NCBI GenBank assembly: GCA_040756875.1
Contig: JBFLYH010000001.1
Coordinates: 544,001-608,000 of the forward strand
Origin: a candidate division FCPU426 bacterium
GTDB lineage: Bacteria; Oederibacteriota; JAAXVQ01; JAUVAV01
Length of the DNA: 64,000 nucleotides
Direction: 5' to 3'
The translations under genes were made by a program, and so were the position numbers. Below are positions 38,816 through 48,809 of the stretch, one piece after another (the stretch's first letter is position 1; the number at the start of each line of letters is the position of its first letter). The notes under the pieces are model-generated. The model was given only the letters and a program-made list of their open reading frames with translations. It had not been told where the DNA came from and ran no database searches.

Positions 38816-39307
38816 ATGGAAGTCAGCCTGCTGCGCACCATTAATATTTTCGAAGGGCTTTCGGACCCCGAACTGGAGAAAATATTCAAACTGGCCCGGA
38901 TTAAACTGTATACCAAAGACAGTATGATCCTGGAGGAGGGCCGGTTGGGTGGCGCGCTCCACGTGATCATGAAAGGCAAGGTCAAGGTCACGAAAAGATT
39001 GGAAGGGAAGAAAGACAAGATCATCACCACGCTCGGGCCCCAGGCCATTTTCGGCGAGATGTCCCTCTTCGACAACCTGCCTTATTCCGCGAATATCATC
39101 GCCGTGGAAGAAACCCGCTGCATGATGATCTCCAAGGAGCCGTTCGATAAAATGCTGCAGCAGGATCTGCCGCTGGCGTACAAAATCCTGACTCAGATTA
39201 TCACCATTTTGTCCCAGCGGCTGCGCAATACCAACGAAGAATTGGTCGCGATCACCAGCTGGAAAGACCGTCTCAAACAGAAAGCTCCCAAATCCGCGCA
39301 TGGCTAA
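38816..39307 (+). CDS. Stand-alone cyclic-nucleotide-binding domain protein
   Basis: IF.GLSD.EL, GKVKV.K, FGEMSLFD..PYSA; no C-terminal HTH; AAGGAGG SD before ATG 38816. Confidence 0.88.
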   Translation: MEVSLLRTINIFEGLSDPELEKIFKLARIKLYTKDSMILEEGRLGGALHVIMKGKVKVTKRLEGKKDKIITTLGPQAIFGEMSLFDNLPYSANIIAVEETRCMMISKEPFDKMLQQDLPLAYKILTQIITILSQRLRNTNEELVAITSWKDRLKQKAPKSAHG

Positions 39308-40601
39308 AATCGCGCCTTTTGCAGGCCTACGGTACGGGCCGGGCTTGCGCGGCGCCATGCCGCGTCTGGTCACGCCGCCTTACGACATCATCTCGCCGGG
39401 CGAGCAAACGCGTTTCTATCGCTCCCATCCCTGCAATTTCATACGGCTCGAATTCGGCCGGATCCGGCCGAGCGACCATCCGCAGAACAATCGCTATACA
39501 CGCGCCCAGCACACGCTGGCGGAATGGCTCCGCCGCGGCGTGGTGCGGCGAGATCCCCAGCCGGCCTTGTATTTGCTCCAGACCCGTTATCAAGCCCCGG
39601 ACGGCAAGCCGGTTTGCTTCTCCGGGCTGTTTGCGGGTGTTTTTCTGGAACCCTTCGGCGAGGGCAAGGTGCTTCCGCATGAGCAGACCTTCAGCGGGCC
39701 GCGCACGGACCGTTTTCAGCTGCTCTGCGCCACGGGCGTCAGTTTTTCCCCGGTGCTCGCCCTTTACCGGGATCACGGACAGAAACTGTCGCGCCTGCTC
39801 GGCCAGGCCAGGAAGCGCGCCGCGGATATGTCCTTCCGCGATTGGGCGGGCAGCCGTCACCAGCTGTGGATCCTCAAACAGCCCAAGCTCGTGCAAGCCA
39901 TACGCAAGGAATTCCTCGGCAAGCGGCTTCTGATCGCCGACGGGCACCACCGTTATTTGACTGCCTTGAAATACCGCCAGGAGTGCGGCGCCCAAGCCGG
40001 ACCGGCTGCGGATTACGTCATGACGTGTCTGACCGAAATGCACGACCCCGGTTTGCTGGTGTTGCCTGTCATTCGCTTGGTTTCGGGCGTGCCCTCCGGC
40101 CGCTGGCGCGAATTTGAACGGAAACTGCCGGAGTATTTCGAGGTGGAGCAGATTGCGCCATCCAAATTGCTGGCCGCCCAGTCCGCGGCCAAGGGGCCAG
40201 ACCCGGTGATCGGCTATCTGGGCGACCGCGGCAAACGCGCCTGGCTTTTGCGGGCGCGAATGCGGCGGCTGGAGCAGGCTGCGGATCCGCGTTTGACCGG
40301 ACATTCCAGGGTTTACGGACGGTTGGATGTCGTGGTATTGAATTATTGGCTGTTGGAGACGCTCCTGGGGATCAAACCCGGCGAAGAAGCGGGGCGGCTC
40401 CGGTTCACGAAAAGTCCGCAGGAAGCGCGGCGCTGCGTAACCGGCCGCACGGCGCAGGCGGCATTTTTTCCAAGCCGGCCGAACGTGGAGGCCATCTGGG
40501 ATCTGGCCCGGCAGGGGGAGACCCTGCCGCAAAAGTCGACGTACTTTTTGCCCAAAGTGATTTCCGGATTGGTGATGAATCCAGTGGGGTTGAAGGAGTA
40601 G
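39300..40601 (+). CDS. DUF1015 family protein
   Basis: PF.GLRY, PPYDII, LPHEQT, LIADGHHRY.TAL, PQKSTYFLPK..SGL. Confidence 0.9.
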   Translation: MAKIAPFAGLRYGPGLRGAMPRLVTPPYDIISPGEQTRFYRSHPCNFIRLEFGRIRPSDHPQNNRYTRAQHTLAEWLRRGVVRRDPQPALYLLQTRYQAPDGKPVCFSGLFAGVFLEPFGEGKVLPHEQTFSGPRTDRFQLLCATGVSFSPVLALYRDHGQKLSRLLGQARKRAADMSFRDWAGSRHQLWILKQPKLVQAIRKEFLGKRLLIADGHHRYLTALKYRQECGAQAGPAADYVMTCLTEMHDPGLLVLPVIRLVSGVPSGRWREFERKLPEYFEVEQIAPSKLLAAQSAAKGPDPVIGYLGDRGKRAWLLRARMRRLEQAADPRLTGHSRVYGRLDVVVLNYWLLETLLGIKPGEEAGRLRFTKSPQEARRCVTGRTAQAAFFPSRPNVEAIWDLARQGETLPQKSTYFLPKVISGLVMNPVGLKE

Positions 40602-40644
40602 GACCGGCCGCCGCAAAGGCCACTACATTTCACGGGAGGGTCGA

Positions 40645-42711
40645 ATGATCGGGAACTGGAGAGCATGCCTGATGCTGGGAGTCTGGTTGAGCGCCACCCT
40701 GGCGGCGTCCGCCGCCTGGGCGCAGGAACCGTCCGAAGAAGCGTCCCTGGCGGACCTGATCTACATGGGCGTTTCCGTGGCTTCCAAAAAAGTCGAAAGC
40801 ATCCATGATGCACCGGGCGTGGTGTCCGTGATTACCAGCCGGGACATTGCCAGCCTGCCCGCGGAAACCTTGTATGACATCCTGAAAACCATCCCCGGAG
40901 TGACGATCACCGAATCCTTTTTCGGCTACACGGACATCAGCTTCCGCGGCATCAAGGAAACGCACTACAACAACCGGACCCTGCTGCTGCTGAACGGCAC
41001 GCCGATCCGCGACGTGACGGTCGGCACCCACTGGCTGGAAGCCATCCCGGCGGATGTGATCGACAAAATTGAAATCATCCGCGGCCCGGGCTCGGTGCTT
41101 TATGGAACCGGCGCTTTTGCGGGCGTGATCAGCGTGATCACCAAAAAAGAGGCGCCGCTGGCCAAAGCCGCGTTCATGGGCGGCAGCAAGACCACGTTGC
41201 ACGGCGATCTGACCGTGGCTCAGAAGCTCACGGACATGGGCTTTCTGCTCGGCGGTTCCTATCACGAAAGCAAAGGGTATTACGCCGAGGTCAAGGACGA
41301 GAGCGGCCGCACGGCCCAAATGGGCAGCTATCCCAAGGACCCGGACGCTTATGAAAACGATTTTTACAATCTCTTCGGGAGTTTTTCCTGCTCCGGGTTC
41401 GATCTGGACCTGTATCACTTCCGCGAAGAGAAGGACAAGTTCGGCATCGTGCCTACGCACGCCACCACCGGCGAAGCGGTCATGCAGGCCAGCGGCGCCA
41501 CGGTGCGGTATGAAGGCGATCTGCAACCGGTGAACCTCAGCTCGCGTGTCCACTATGCCGAATCGAAATACAACAGTTATCTGGATATGTTCGCCGGCGC
41601 GCCCATGGACACCATGTATTCCGGCCAGAAATTCGGCCTGGACGTCGACGGCCGCATGGAAGTCATGGCCGACCAGACCGTGGGCTTGGGCGTTTCCTAT
41701 GAGCAGCAAAAGACCTATCCCTACCAGTTCGTCAATCTCCTGACCCACACGGTCAGTTCTTACTCGGCTTTTCTGAGGGAGTATGAAACCAGCGACCTCT
41801 CGGTTTACGCCCAGCTGGACGCCCGGGTTATTTCCTCGCTCCGCGCGGTCGGTGGATTGCGGTATAACCACAACCAGGATTACGGCGATACCTATGTCCC
41901 CAGGGGCAGTCTGATTTATACGGTCATGGACGGGCTCTTTTTGAAGCTGTTGTACGGCCAGGCTTACCGCAATCCGACTTTCTTCGAGAAATACGTCAAT
42001 ACCCGGGATGTGCTCTACGGGGACCCCGAGCTGGCACCCGAACGGATCGAAACCCTCGAATTGAACACGGATTGGCAGATCAGCGCGGATCACGCCGTGC
42101 GCTTGACCTTGTTTTCATTGTCCACCAACGACATGATCGGCCGCGTGAAGACCTGGCGCGCGGGCGAAGTGCCGCCTGTGACCCTGCTCGAGAACCGCGG
42201 GGCGTCGACCACGCCCACGCGCAATACGCCGGGGTACGCCAACACAGCCGGCCAGCAGATCAACGGGTTGGAACTAGAATTGAACGGGAAAATATATCAG
42301 GAGTGGCTGGGCTATACGCTGAACGCCTCGTATAAGGAAGGCAAGGAGAAGTCCAATTGGAGTCCGGTGCAATACCTGGATCAAATCGTCGGTAACTTGA
42401 TCCTGACCAATAAGATCGATCAGTTCGACACCAGCCTGAGCCTCGAGATGGTGGGGCCGCGGCGCGGCAACATCGATTCCGGCGTGGCAGCGCCAGGGTT
42501 CACCCGCGGCCAGGAAATCACGGTGCCGGCCTATGCGCTCTTGAATTTGAAAACCACCTATACGGTTATCAGCAACTTGACCGTCAGCCTGATCGCGCGC
42601 AACCTGCTGGGTCAGGAAGTCCTTTATCCTGAATACATCCGCCGCCGGATCGACGTCGTTCCAGGGGACAGCGGCGTGAATGTGTTCGGGCAGGTGTGCT
42701 ATCAGTATTAA
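40645..42711 (+). CDS. TonB-dependent outer membrane receptor
   Basis: Signal peptide; plug motifs DAPGVVSVIT..DI, IDKIEIIRGPGSVLYG; LYGQAYRNP, LAPERI; aromatic C-terminal beta strand. Confidence 0.92.
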   Translation: MIGNWRACLMLGVWLSATLAASAAWAQEPSEEASLADLIYMGVSVASKKVESIHDAPGVVSVITSRDIASLPAETLYDILKTIPGVTITESFFGYTDISFRGIKETHYNNRTLLLLNGTPIRDVTVGTHWLEAIPADVIDKIEIIRGPGSVLYGTGAFAGVISVITKKEAPLAKAAFMGGSKTTLHGDLTVAQKLTDMGFLLGGSYHESKGYYAEVKDESGRTAQMGSYPKDPDAYENDFYNLFGSFSCSGFDLDLYHFREEKDKFGIVPTHATTGEAVMQASGATVRYEGDLQPVNLSSRVHYAESKYNSYLDMFAGAPMDTMYSGQKFGLDVDGRMEVMADQTVGLGVSYEQQKTYPYQFVNLLTHTVSSYSAFLREYETSDLSVYAQLDARVISSLRAVGGLRYNHNQDYGDTYVPRGSLIYTVMDGLFLKLLYGQAYRNPTFFEKYVNTRDVLYGDPELAPERIETLELNTDWQISADHAVRLTLFSLSTNDMIGRVKTWRAGEVPPVTLLENRGASTTPTRNTPGYANTAGQQINGLELELNGKIYQEWLGYTLNASYKEGKEKSNWSPVQYLDQIVGNLILTNKIDQFDTSLSLEMVGPRRGNIDSGVAAPGFTRGQEITVPAYALLNLKTTYTVISNLTVSLIARNLLGQEVLYPEYIRRRIDVVPGDSGVNVFGQVCYQY

Positions 42712-42792
42712 TCGGCGGCAGGACGCGAAATACGGTTTTTCAAGGCAGCCTGTCGAAGACAGGCGCGCCATCTTGAACGGAGCGAACAACCT

Positions 42793-43716
42793 ATGAGTAA
42801 TCGTCTGCACGGAATCAAACCTGTCGCCCGGATGACCGCTGTGCTGCTGTTCCTGGCCGGCTGGACCTGCGTCGTTCCGGCTCAAGCGGCCAAGGTGAAA
42901 ATATTGCTCAGCCGGAGTTCCGGGCCCTATGAAGAGGTGAGGGAATCCGTCCAGAAGCAAGCGGCTTTCGAAACCGAGGCGGTTTTTATTTCCGGAAAAA
43001 TTGACGAGGATCAGGAAACGGTTTCGCGCTTTAAATTGGAAGACACCCCGCTGTTGCTGGCGCTTGGAACCCAGGCGTTGGCCCCCGTGGCCAAGCTGGA
43101 CGAGCGCATCCCCGTGGTGTATACGCTCGTGTTCGACCCGGTTCCGCTTCCGGTAAGGATCAGTTCGGGCGTTGTGATTCAGATTCCCCTCCAGGACCAA
43201 TTGGGAAAACTGGCCAAACTGTTTCCGCAAAGAAAGCAAATCGGCGTTCTGTTCAATCCGGATTTCTCCCAGGAATTGGTCAACCAGGCGCGCGAGGCGG
43301 CTGAAAGCCTGGGCCTGCGCCTGCTGGTCGTGCCGGTGCTGAAGTCTGCGGATTTGCCGGCCGCCTTGGGACGCCTGCAGGAAGGGGCGGCTGAATTGAT
43401 TTGGATGATTGCGGATCAGACGATCGTGCATCCCCAGGCTGTGAAGACCATTGCCGAGTTCTCGGGCAAAAACCGGCTGCCCCTGATCGGGCTTTCGCTC
43501 TATCACGTGCAGAACGGGGCGTTGGCGGCTTTTTCCGTGGATTTCAACGATGTCGGCCAACAGACCGCGGAATTGGCCAAGCGCGTGCTGGACGGGCAGG
43601 AGACGAAAGCCGTGGAAAAACCCCGCAAGGTGATCATTTATGTCAACCGGCGGGTGAAGCAGCAGATGCAAATCAAAGATTTGGCGGAGTTGCCCGAAAT
43701 TCAGTACGTGCCCTGA
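42793..43716 (+). CDS. Periplasmic substrate-binding protein (ABC_sub_bind type)
   Basis: Signal peptide; IPVVY..V.DP, IGVLFNP, GALAA..VDF...GQQTAELA..VLDG. Confidence 0.8.
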   Translation: MSNRLHGIKPVARMTAVLLFLAGWTCVVPAQAAKVKILLSRSSGPYEEVRESVQKQAAFETEAVFISGKIDEDQETVSRFKLEDTPLLLALGTQALAPVAKLDERIPVVYTLVFDPVPLPVRISSGVVIQIPLQDQLGKLAKLFPQRKQIGVLFNPDFSQELVNQAREAAESLGLRLLVVPVLKSADLPAALGRLQEGAAELIWMIADQTIVHPQAVKTIAEFSGKNRLPLIGLSLYHVQNGALAAFSVDFNDVGQQTAELAKRVLDGQETKAVEKPRKVIIYVNRRVKQQMQIKDLAELPEIQYVP

Positions 43717-43728
43717 GGGAGGGGCGCG

Positions 43729-45120
43729 ATGGATTTGTTTGACCACGCGGCGGAACGCCAGCCCGGCCTGACACCTTTGGCCGACCGGATGCGGCCCCGC
43801 CAGCTCGAAGAAATGGTGGGGCAGGACCACCTGCTGGCCCCGGGCAAGGTGTTGCGCCAGACGATCGAACGCGATCGTCTGCCGTCGATGATTTTTTGGG
43901 GGCCGCCGGGCTCCGGCAAGACCACGCTGGCCCGCCTGATCGCCGGCTACACCGGCGCCGAATTCAAATCCTATTCCGCCGTCACCTCGGGACTTAAAGA
44001 GTTGCGCGAGGTGCTGGCCGGCGCGCAAATGCTGAAAAAGCACCACAGCCGCCAAACCATCCTGTTCATCGACGAAATCCACCGCTTCAATAAAGCCCAG
44101 CAGGACGCTTTTCTTCCGGCCGTGGAAAAAGGCACGGTGGTTCTGGTGGGCGCCACCACGGAAAATCCCTCCTTTGAAGTGAATGCCGCCTTGCTCTCCC
44201 GGTGCCGTGTGTTCGTTCTCAATCCGCTTTCGGCCGATCATCAGCTCCTCATTCTCCAACAGGCGCTGGCGGACGCCGAACGGGGGCTGGGCTCACTGGG
44301 CTGCCGGGCCGAAGAAGCGGCGCTCAGGCATCTGGCCGAACGGGCGCATGGAGACGCGCGAGCCGCATTGAACGGCCTGGAACTGGCCGCCACTTTGGCC
44401 GCCACCCTGCCCGAAGGCGGCCGCGTCATCACCTTGGCGCTGGCCGAGGAAGCTTTGCAGCATAAAGCCTTGCGGTATGACCGCGCTGGCGAAGAGCATT
44501 ATAATTTGATTTCCGCCTTGCATAAAAGCGTCCGCGGATCGGATCCGGATGCGGCCCTCTATTGGCTGGGGCGCATGCTGGAAGCGGGCGAGGACCCGCT
44601 GTATCTGTTGCGCCGCATGTCGCGCATGGCCAGCGAGGACATCGGCTTGGCCGACCCCCAGGCCCTGGTTCTGGCCGCGGCCGCCCGGCAGGTGTTCGAA
44701 CTGGTCGGACTGCCGGAAGGCAAGCTGGCCCTGGCTCAGCTGGCGGTTTACCTGGCGCTGGCGCCCAAGAGCAACGCCCTGGAAGCGGGGTATCTGCAAG
44801 TGGCGGATGCCGTCCGCCGGCAGGGTGAGCTGGAAGTTCCGCTGCATATCCGCAACGCCCCCACCACCTTCATGCGCAACCTGGGGTACGGTAAAGAATA
44901 CCGCTACGCCCACGATTACGAAGGGCATTGGGTGGCGGATGACTACCTGCCGGACGCCCTGCGCCGTGAGCGTTTCTACCGGCCCGGGGCCTTGGGCTGG
45001 GAAGGGGAGCGAAAGACGCTGCTGGAAGACCGCCTGCGCCAGAGGGAAGCATCCAGGGGCTCAGGGGATCAGCGGCCAGAGCCGCGCCTGGGTGAAAAAA
45101 AACCTGATATAAACCCCTAA
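43729..45120 (+). CDS. rarA: Replication-associated recombination protein A
   Basis: [61 protein letters not shown]. Confidence 0.97.
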   Translation: MDLFDHAAERQPGLTPLADRMRPRQLEEMVGQDHLLAPGKVLRQTIERDRLPSMIFWGPPGSGKTTLARLIAGYTGAEFKSYSAVTSGLKELREVLAGAQMLKKHHSRQTILFIDEIHRFNKAQQDAFLPAVEKGTVVLVGATTENPSFEVNAALLSRCRVFVLNPLSADHQLLILQQALADAERGLGSLGCRAEEAALRHLAERAHGDARAALNGLELAATLAATLPEGGRVITLALAEEALQHKALRYDRAGEEHYNLISALHKSVRGSDPDAALYWLGRMLEAGEDPLYLLRRMSRMASEDIGLADPQALVLAAAARQVFELVGLPEGKLALAQLAVYLALAPKSNALEAGYLQVADAVRRQGELEVPLHIRNAPTTFMRNLGYGKEYRYAHDYEGHWVADDYLPDALRRERFYRPGALGWEGERKTLLEDRLRQREASRGSGDQRPEPRLGEKKPDINP

Positions 45121-45169
45121 CTGACCGAGTCTAATAGGCAGAGCGTATGATCAGCCTGCATTAAGGGGG

Positions 45170-45916
45170 GTGGACGCCTTGCCTCAGGCCGCGGTTTCAT
45201 CCACGACCTCTTCTGTCCGAAAGATTCCCTGGTATTTCATCACGATCATCACTTTTTTCGCGCTGCCGATCATCTATCTCTGGCGGGGACTGAAAAAGGA
45301 GGATTACCCGGCGTTCTTTCAGACCGTGGGCTTGGTCATGGCCCTGGGGTATGCCTGGAGTTACCTGGTGAGCGCCATGGGCTGGTGGACTTTTGCTCCG
45401 GAGTGCATGCTGGGCATCCAGGTGCTGCCGCATCTGCCCTTAGAGGAGGTTTTGTTTTATCCGCTAGGCGGCGCGCTCAGCGTTTTAATCTATCTCAAGC
45501 TTAAATCCCTGGGCCGTTTTTCGAAACGGGCGGATCTGGCGGCCATGCTGGTGCTGGCCGGCATTACAGCGCTGGCCATGGGGTTGATCATTTACGTTCG
45601 GGTTTCCCGCGGCCACTGGGCTTATTATCTGATCAGCCAGCTGGCGCTTTTCAACGCGCTGACCTTGGTTCTGTGGTGGATACCGCGCGCCCGTTTTTTG
45701 CTGGGGCCGGCAACCGTCGGGGTGTTGGGTATGACGTGCATCGGATTTTTCTGGAACTGGCTGGCGTTCACCCAGGGCTGGTGGGCTTATCATGCCACGC
45801 TGGGGTGGATGTTTCCTCCGCGCGTGCCTATCGATGACTGGAACTTTTTTCTATTTGCCCCGCTGGCGGCCATTTCGCTCTACGGTTGCCTGCGGGGAAA
45901 GGAGCCGGCGTCTTGA
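45170..45916 (+). CDS. Integral membrane protein with two lycopene-cyclase-like domains
   Basis: Two repeats of GWW.(F/Y)...LG.....P(L/I)(EE/DD)..F (PLEEVLFY; PIDDWNFF). Confidence 0.7.
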   Translation: MDALPQAAVSSTTSSVRKIPWYFITIITFFALPIIYLWRGLKKEDYPAFFQTVGLVMALGYAWSYLVSAMGWWTFAPECMLGIQVLPHLPLEEVLFYPLGGALSVLIYLKLKSLGRFSKRADLAAMLVLAGITALAMGLIIYVRVSRGHWAYYLISQLALFNALTLVLWWIPRARFLLGPATVGVLGMTCIGFFWNWLAFTQGWWAYHATLGWMFPPRVPIDDWNFFLFAPLAAISLYGCLRGKEPAS

Positions 45917-46248
45917 ATTGGCCCTGGTATTTGCTCCTCGACGTGTTTCTGTGGGCCGTGGCTGCGGGGTTGATGCTGTGGGCGTGGCCGCGCATGGATG
46001 CGGCCGGCCGGCGAGACGCCTGCCTGACGGCCTGCCTGGTCATGGCACTGCAAGTGGGCAATGAACTGCTCAGCCTGCGGGTTTTCCACGCCTGGTCTTT
46101 CTCGCAGGCGCACAACCGCCTGCTGGGCCTCGACCTTTTGGGCGCGCCGGTGGAGGAATACCTGTTTTGGTTCGCCTTTGCCTGGATGATTCCTTTCGGG
46201 TACGCGGGCCTGGCCAGCCGGGAGGTGCGGACCGATGCCGGAAAATGA
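45913..46248 (+). CDS. Lycopene-cyclase-domain membrane protein
   Basis: AWSF...LLG..LLGAPVEEYLFWF; TTG start overlapping upstream stop, after AAGGAG. Confidence 0.72.
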   Translation: MNWPWYLLLDVFLWAVAAGLMLWAWPRMDAAGRRDACLTACLVMALQVGNELLSLRVFHAWSFSQAHNRLLGLDLLGAPVEEYLFWFAFAWMIPFGYAGLASREVRTDAGK

Positions 46249-46621
46249 AATCAACGGTTGCCCGGGGTCAGTCACCTATCGGGAAGGCCGCAAGCGGCTG
46301 TATTTAATCTGGTGGGTGGTGGGCGTGCTGGTTCAGGTGCTGGCCTGCCTGCCCGTGGCCTGGAAACGGATCCGCTGGCGGGCTTTGCTATGGACGTCGC
46401 TCGGCTTCCTGGGACTGATGTTCGCGGTCGAATCCCTGGCCCTGTATTGGGGCTGGTGGGTTTGGAACGAACAGCTGCTCTGGGGCGTGAAAGTCGGCGT
46501 GGTGCCGCTCGAGGAATTCCTGCTGTATTTCCTGGTCGTGCCTTCGGTTATCACCCTGCAAGCGCTGATCCAGGCGCTGTTTTGTCCCCGCCCGGCAAGC
46601 CCGCCTCAGCCCGGTGCATAA
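46235..46621 (+). CDS. Lycopene-cyclase-domain membrane protein
   Basis: GWWVWN...WGVKVGVVPLEEFLLYFLVVP. Confidence 0.72.
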   Translation: MPENEINGCPGSVTYREGRKRLYLIWWVVGVLVQVLACLPVAWKRIRWRALLWTSLGFLGLMFAVESLALYWGWWVWNEQLLWGVKVGVVPLEEFLLYFLVVPSVITLQALIQALFCPRPASPPQPGA

Positions 46622-46721
46622 AACCTCCTGGCAATTAAAACAGTTTTCGATATAATAGTTCCGTATTCCCAAGGTCGACCTGCCGTCTACCTGCCTGCCG
46701 ATCCCGGAGGGGGATTCAGAG

Positions 46722-48392
46722 GTGAAAACCGCCTCATTGCATGAGTTCCAGTTGTTTCGCGTATGTCTGCTCCTGACATTCGTCGCCCCGCTGCTGTTCC
46801 TCCCGTTTGAGCACATTTTCGTGCTGCCGGCTTTTCGCTGGGGCATTTACGGCGTTATTTTCTTTTCCGTGGCTTACAGCGCAGCCTTGTGGCGGTGGAT
46901 CACAACGGAGAGATACCTGCCCGGCGTTTTCCTGTTTCTTGCCTGCCACCTGGCGGGGGATACCCTGGCCGTGGTTTTCCATTCTCCGGCCTGCCAGGTC
47001 TGGGCGTTTTTCGTGGTTTACACCTTCATCTCGGTTTTCAACGTCATCCTGGTGCCCTGGCCGTCGCTGCTGGCGACCAGCGGCCTGCTCTACGCCGTGA
47101 TCGCCGTTTTCATGCTGGCGCCGGTGAGCGGTTTCCGCCAGGCGGCGGCCCATTACGAATTCTGGGGGCTGGGGTTCCCGTTCGTCCTGACCGCGGCCTT
47201 GGTCTGGTTCGCGCTGGTGATGATCATCGGCATTGCGGTGACGGAAGCCTCCCGCCGCAAGGAGCGGCTGCTCAATCATCAGGTGGCCGAAAAAAACGCC
47301 GAGGCGCTGCAATCGCGGACGCAGCTGGAAACCATCCTCCGCTACCTGTCCGTGGGCGTGGTGATCATCGACGAGCGATTGCGGCCGATCTACACCAACC
47401 GCGTGCATTTCGATTTCGTTCCCGAAGGGGACGATTGGCGGGAATTGCCGGGCAGCGCGTTCCCGTTGTCGTTTTTACGCGAGCAATTTTTAAGCGAACG
47501 GGGCCGGCAGCTGCTTGGCTCCCGGCAGGACATCGTCGGCCACCGCCTGGAATACACGGCGCCTTCGGGGTTGTCGAAAATACTGAGGTATTCTTTCGTC
47601 GCCATGCCGCTGGCTTCGGGGGCGGGAAACGCCCTGCGCCTGGTGCTGTTTACCGAGGACATCACCGAGGAAGAAGTGCTGCGCGAGAAGCTGGTTCACA
47701 CCAACCATCTCGCGGAAATGGGCAAAATGGCGGCCGGCCTGGTGCATGAAATCAACAATCCCCTCCAGGGGATCAAGCTGAACCTGGGGCTGCTGGAACT
47801 GGGAATCGTGGAAGAGGACAGGCGCAAACAGGTTTTCGCCAATCTGGAGGAGGGCATCAGCCGCATCAACCGCATCGCGCGCAGCTTTTTGTCCTTTGCA
47901 CGCCAGGAGAAACCCCGGCGCCAATGGACGAAACTGCCCGTGCTGCTGCATGACACCTTGAGCATGGCCTGTAATTTCAAACAGCTTTACGACATCCACA
48001 TCCAGCTGGAATGCGAGGAGGAGATCCCGGCGGTTTCTGTGGACCGGAGCCGCATGGAAATCGTGTTTGTCAACCTGCTCAACAACGCCTGCGACGCCAT
48101 GGCCGGAAAGGGCGGGCAGTTGAAGATCAGCTGTTCCCACGACGCCACGCACGTCATCGTCCGCTTTCAGGACACGGGCAAAGGCATCCGCCAGGAGGAT
48201 CTCCCGAGGATTTTCATCCCTTTTTTCACCACCAAGGAGCGCGGATTCGGGACGGGATTGGGGCTGGCCACCAGCTACGGCATTGTGCGGGAACACGGCG
48301 GCACCATGGAGGTGGAAAGCCGGGAAGGGGCGGGCGCAACGTTCATCATCCGCCTGCCCATTGTCACCCAGGACGAGGCCGGCCATGCCTGA
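46722..48392 (+). CDS. Membrane sensor histidine kinase (multi-TM, PAS-like, HisKA, HATPase)
   Basis: About 6 TM segments; HEINNPL; NLLNNA; DTGKGI; FIPFFTTK; GTGLGL. Confidence 0.93.
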   Translation: MKTASLHEFQLFRVCLLLTFVAPLLFLPFEHIFVLPAFRWGIYGVIFFSVAYSAALWRWITTERYLPGVFLFLACHLAGDTLAVVFHSPACQVWAFFVVYTFISVFNVILVPWPSLLATSGLLYAVIAVFMLAPVSGFRQAAAHYEFWGLGFPFVLTAALVWFALVMIIGIAVTEASRRKERLLNHQVAEKNAEALQSRTQLETILRYLSVGVVIIDERLRPIYTNRVHFDFVPEGDDWRELPGSAFPLSFLREQFLSERGRQLLGSRQDIVGHRLEYTAPSGLSKILRYSFVAMPLASGAGNALRLVLFTEDITEEEVLREKLVHTNHLAEMGKMAAGLVHEINNPLQGIKLNLGLLELGIVEEDRRKQVFANLEEGISRINRIARSFLSFARQEKPRRQWTKLPVLLHDTLSMACNFKQLYDIHIQLECEEEIPAVSVDRSRMEIVFVNLLNNACDAMAGKGGQLKISCSHDATHVIVRFQDTGKGIRQEDLPRIFIPFFTTKERGFGTGLGLATSYGIVREHGGTMEVESREGAGATFIIRLPIVTQDEAGHA

Positions 48393-48744
48393 ACGCCCGG
48401 CCCGCATCCTGGTGGTGGACGACGAAGCAGCCATCCGGCAGCCGGTGAAATGGTTCCTGACCAACGCCGGCTATTTCGTGGACGAAGCGGAGAACGGCGT
48501 CGAAGCCCTGGACCTGGTGAAAATCAGCCGCTACGACCTGATCATTCTGGACCTCCGTATGCCCTATCTGGACGGGCGCCAGTTTCTGGAAGCGCTGCGG
48601 GAAAACCGCATCCGCGTGCCGGTGCTGGTGATGTCCGCGGTTGAAACCACGGAGAAACTGTATCTGGAACAAGGCCGCTTAATTAAAACCTTCAGTCTGT
48701 CCCAATTGAAAGCGCAAGTCGAAAAAATCCTGTCCGCCTCCTGA
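48385..48744 (+). CDS. Single-domain response regulator
   Basis: ILVVDDE, ILDLRMPYLDG, VMSA; ATG 48385 overlaps the kinase end. Confidence 0.9.
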   Translation: MPERPARILVVDDEAAIRQPVKWFLTNAGYFVDEAENGVEALDLVKISRYDLIILDLRMPYLDGRQFLEALRENRIRVPVLVMSAVETTEKLYLEQGRLIKTFSLSQLKAQVEKILSAS

Positions 48745-48809
48745 ACCGCCTGATAACGGCCATGCCAGGCCGGTTGCGGTGCGGGCGAGGAATGCCCTGA
48801 AAAAGGAGT

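Noticed and set aside
31826-38816. Longer ORF-track starts for the oxidoreductase (31874), glpK (33378), PASTA protein (36120), hisG (37210) and cNMP protein (38741)
   Set aside because: The extensions overlap neighbouring genes or promoters, or lack an SD; downstream starts match family N-termini and SD or stop-start coupling
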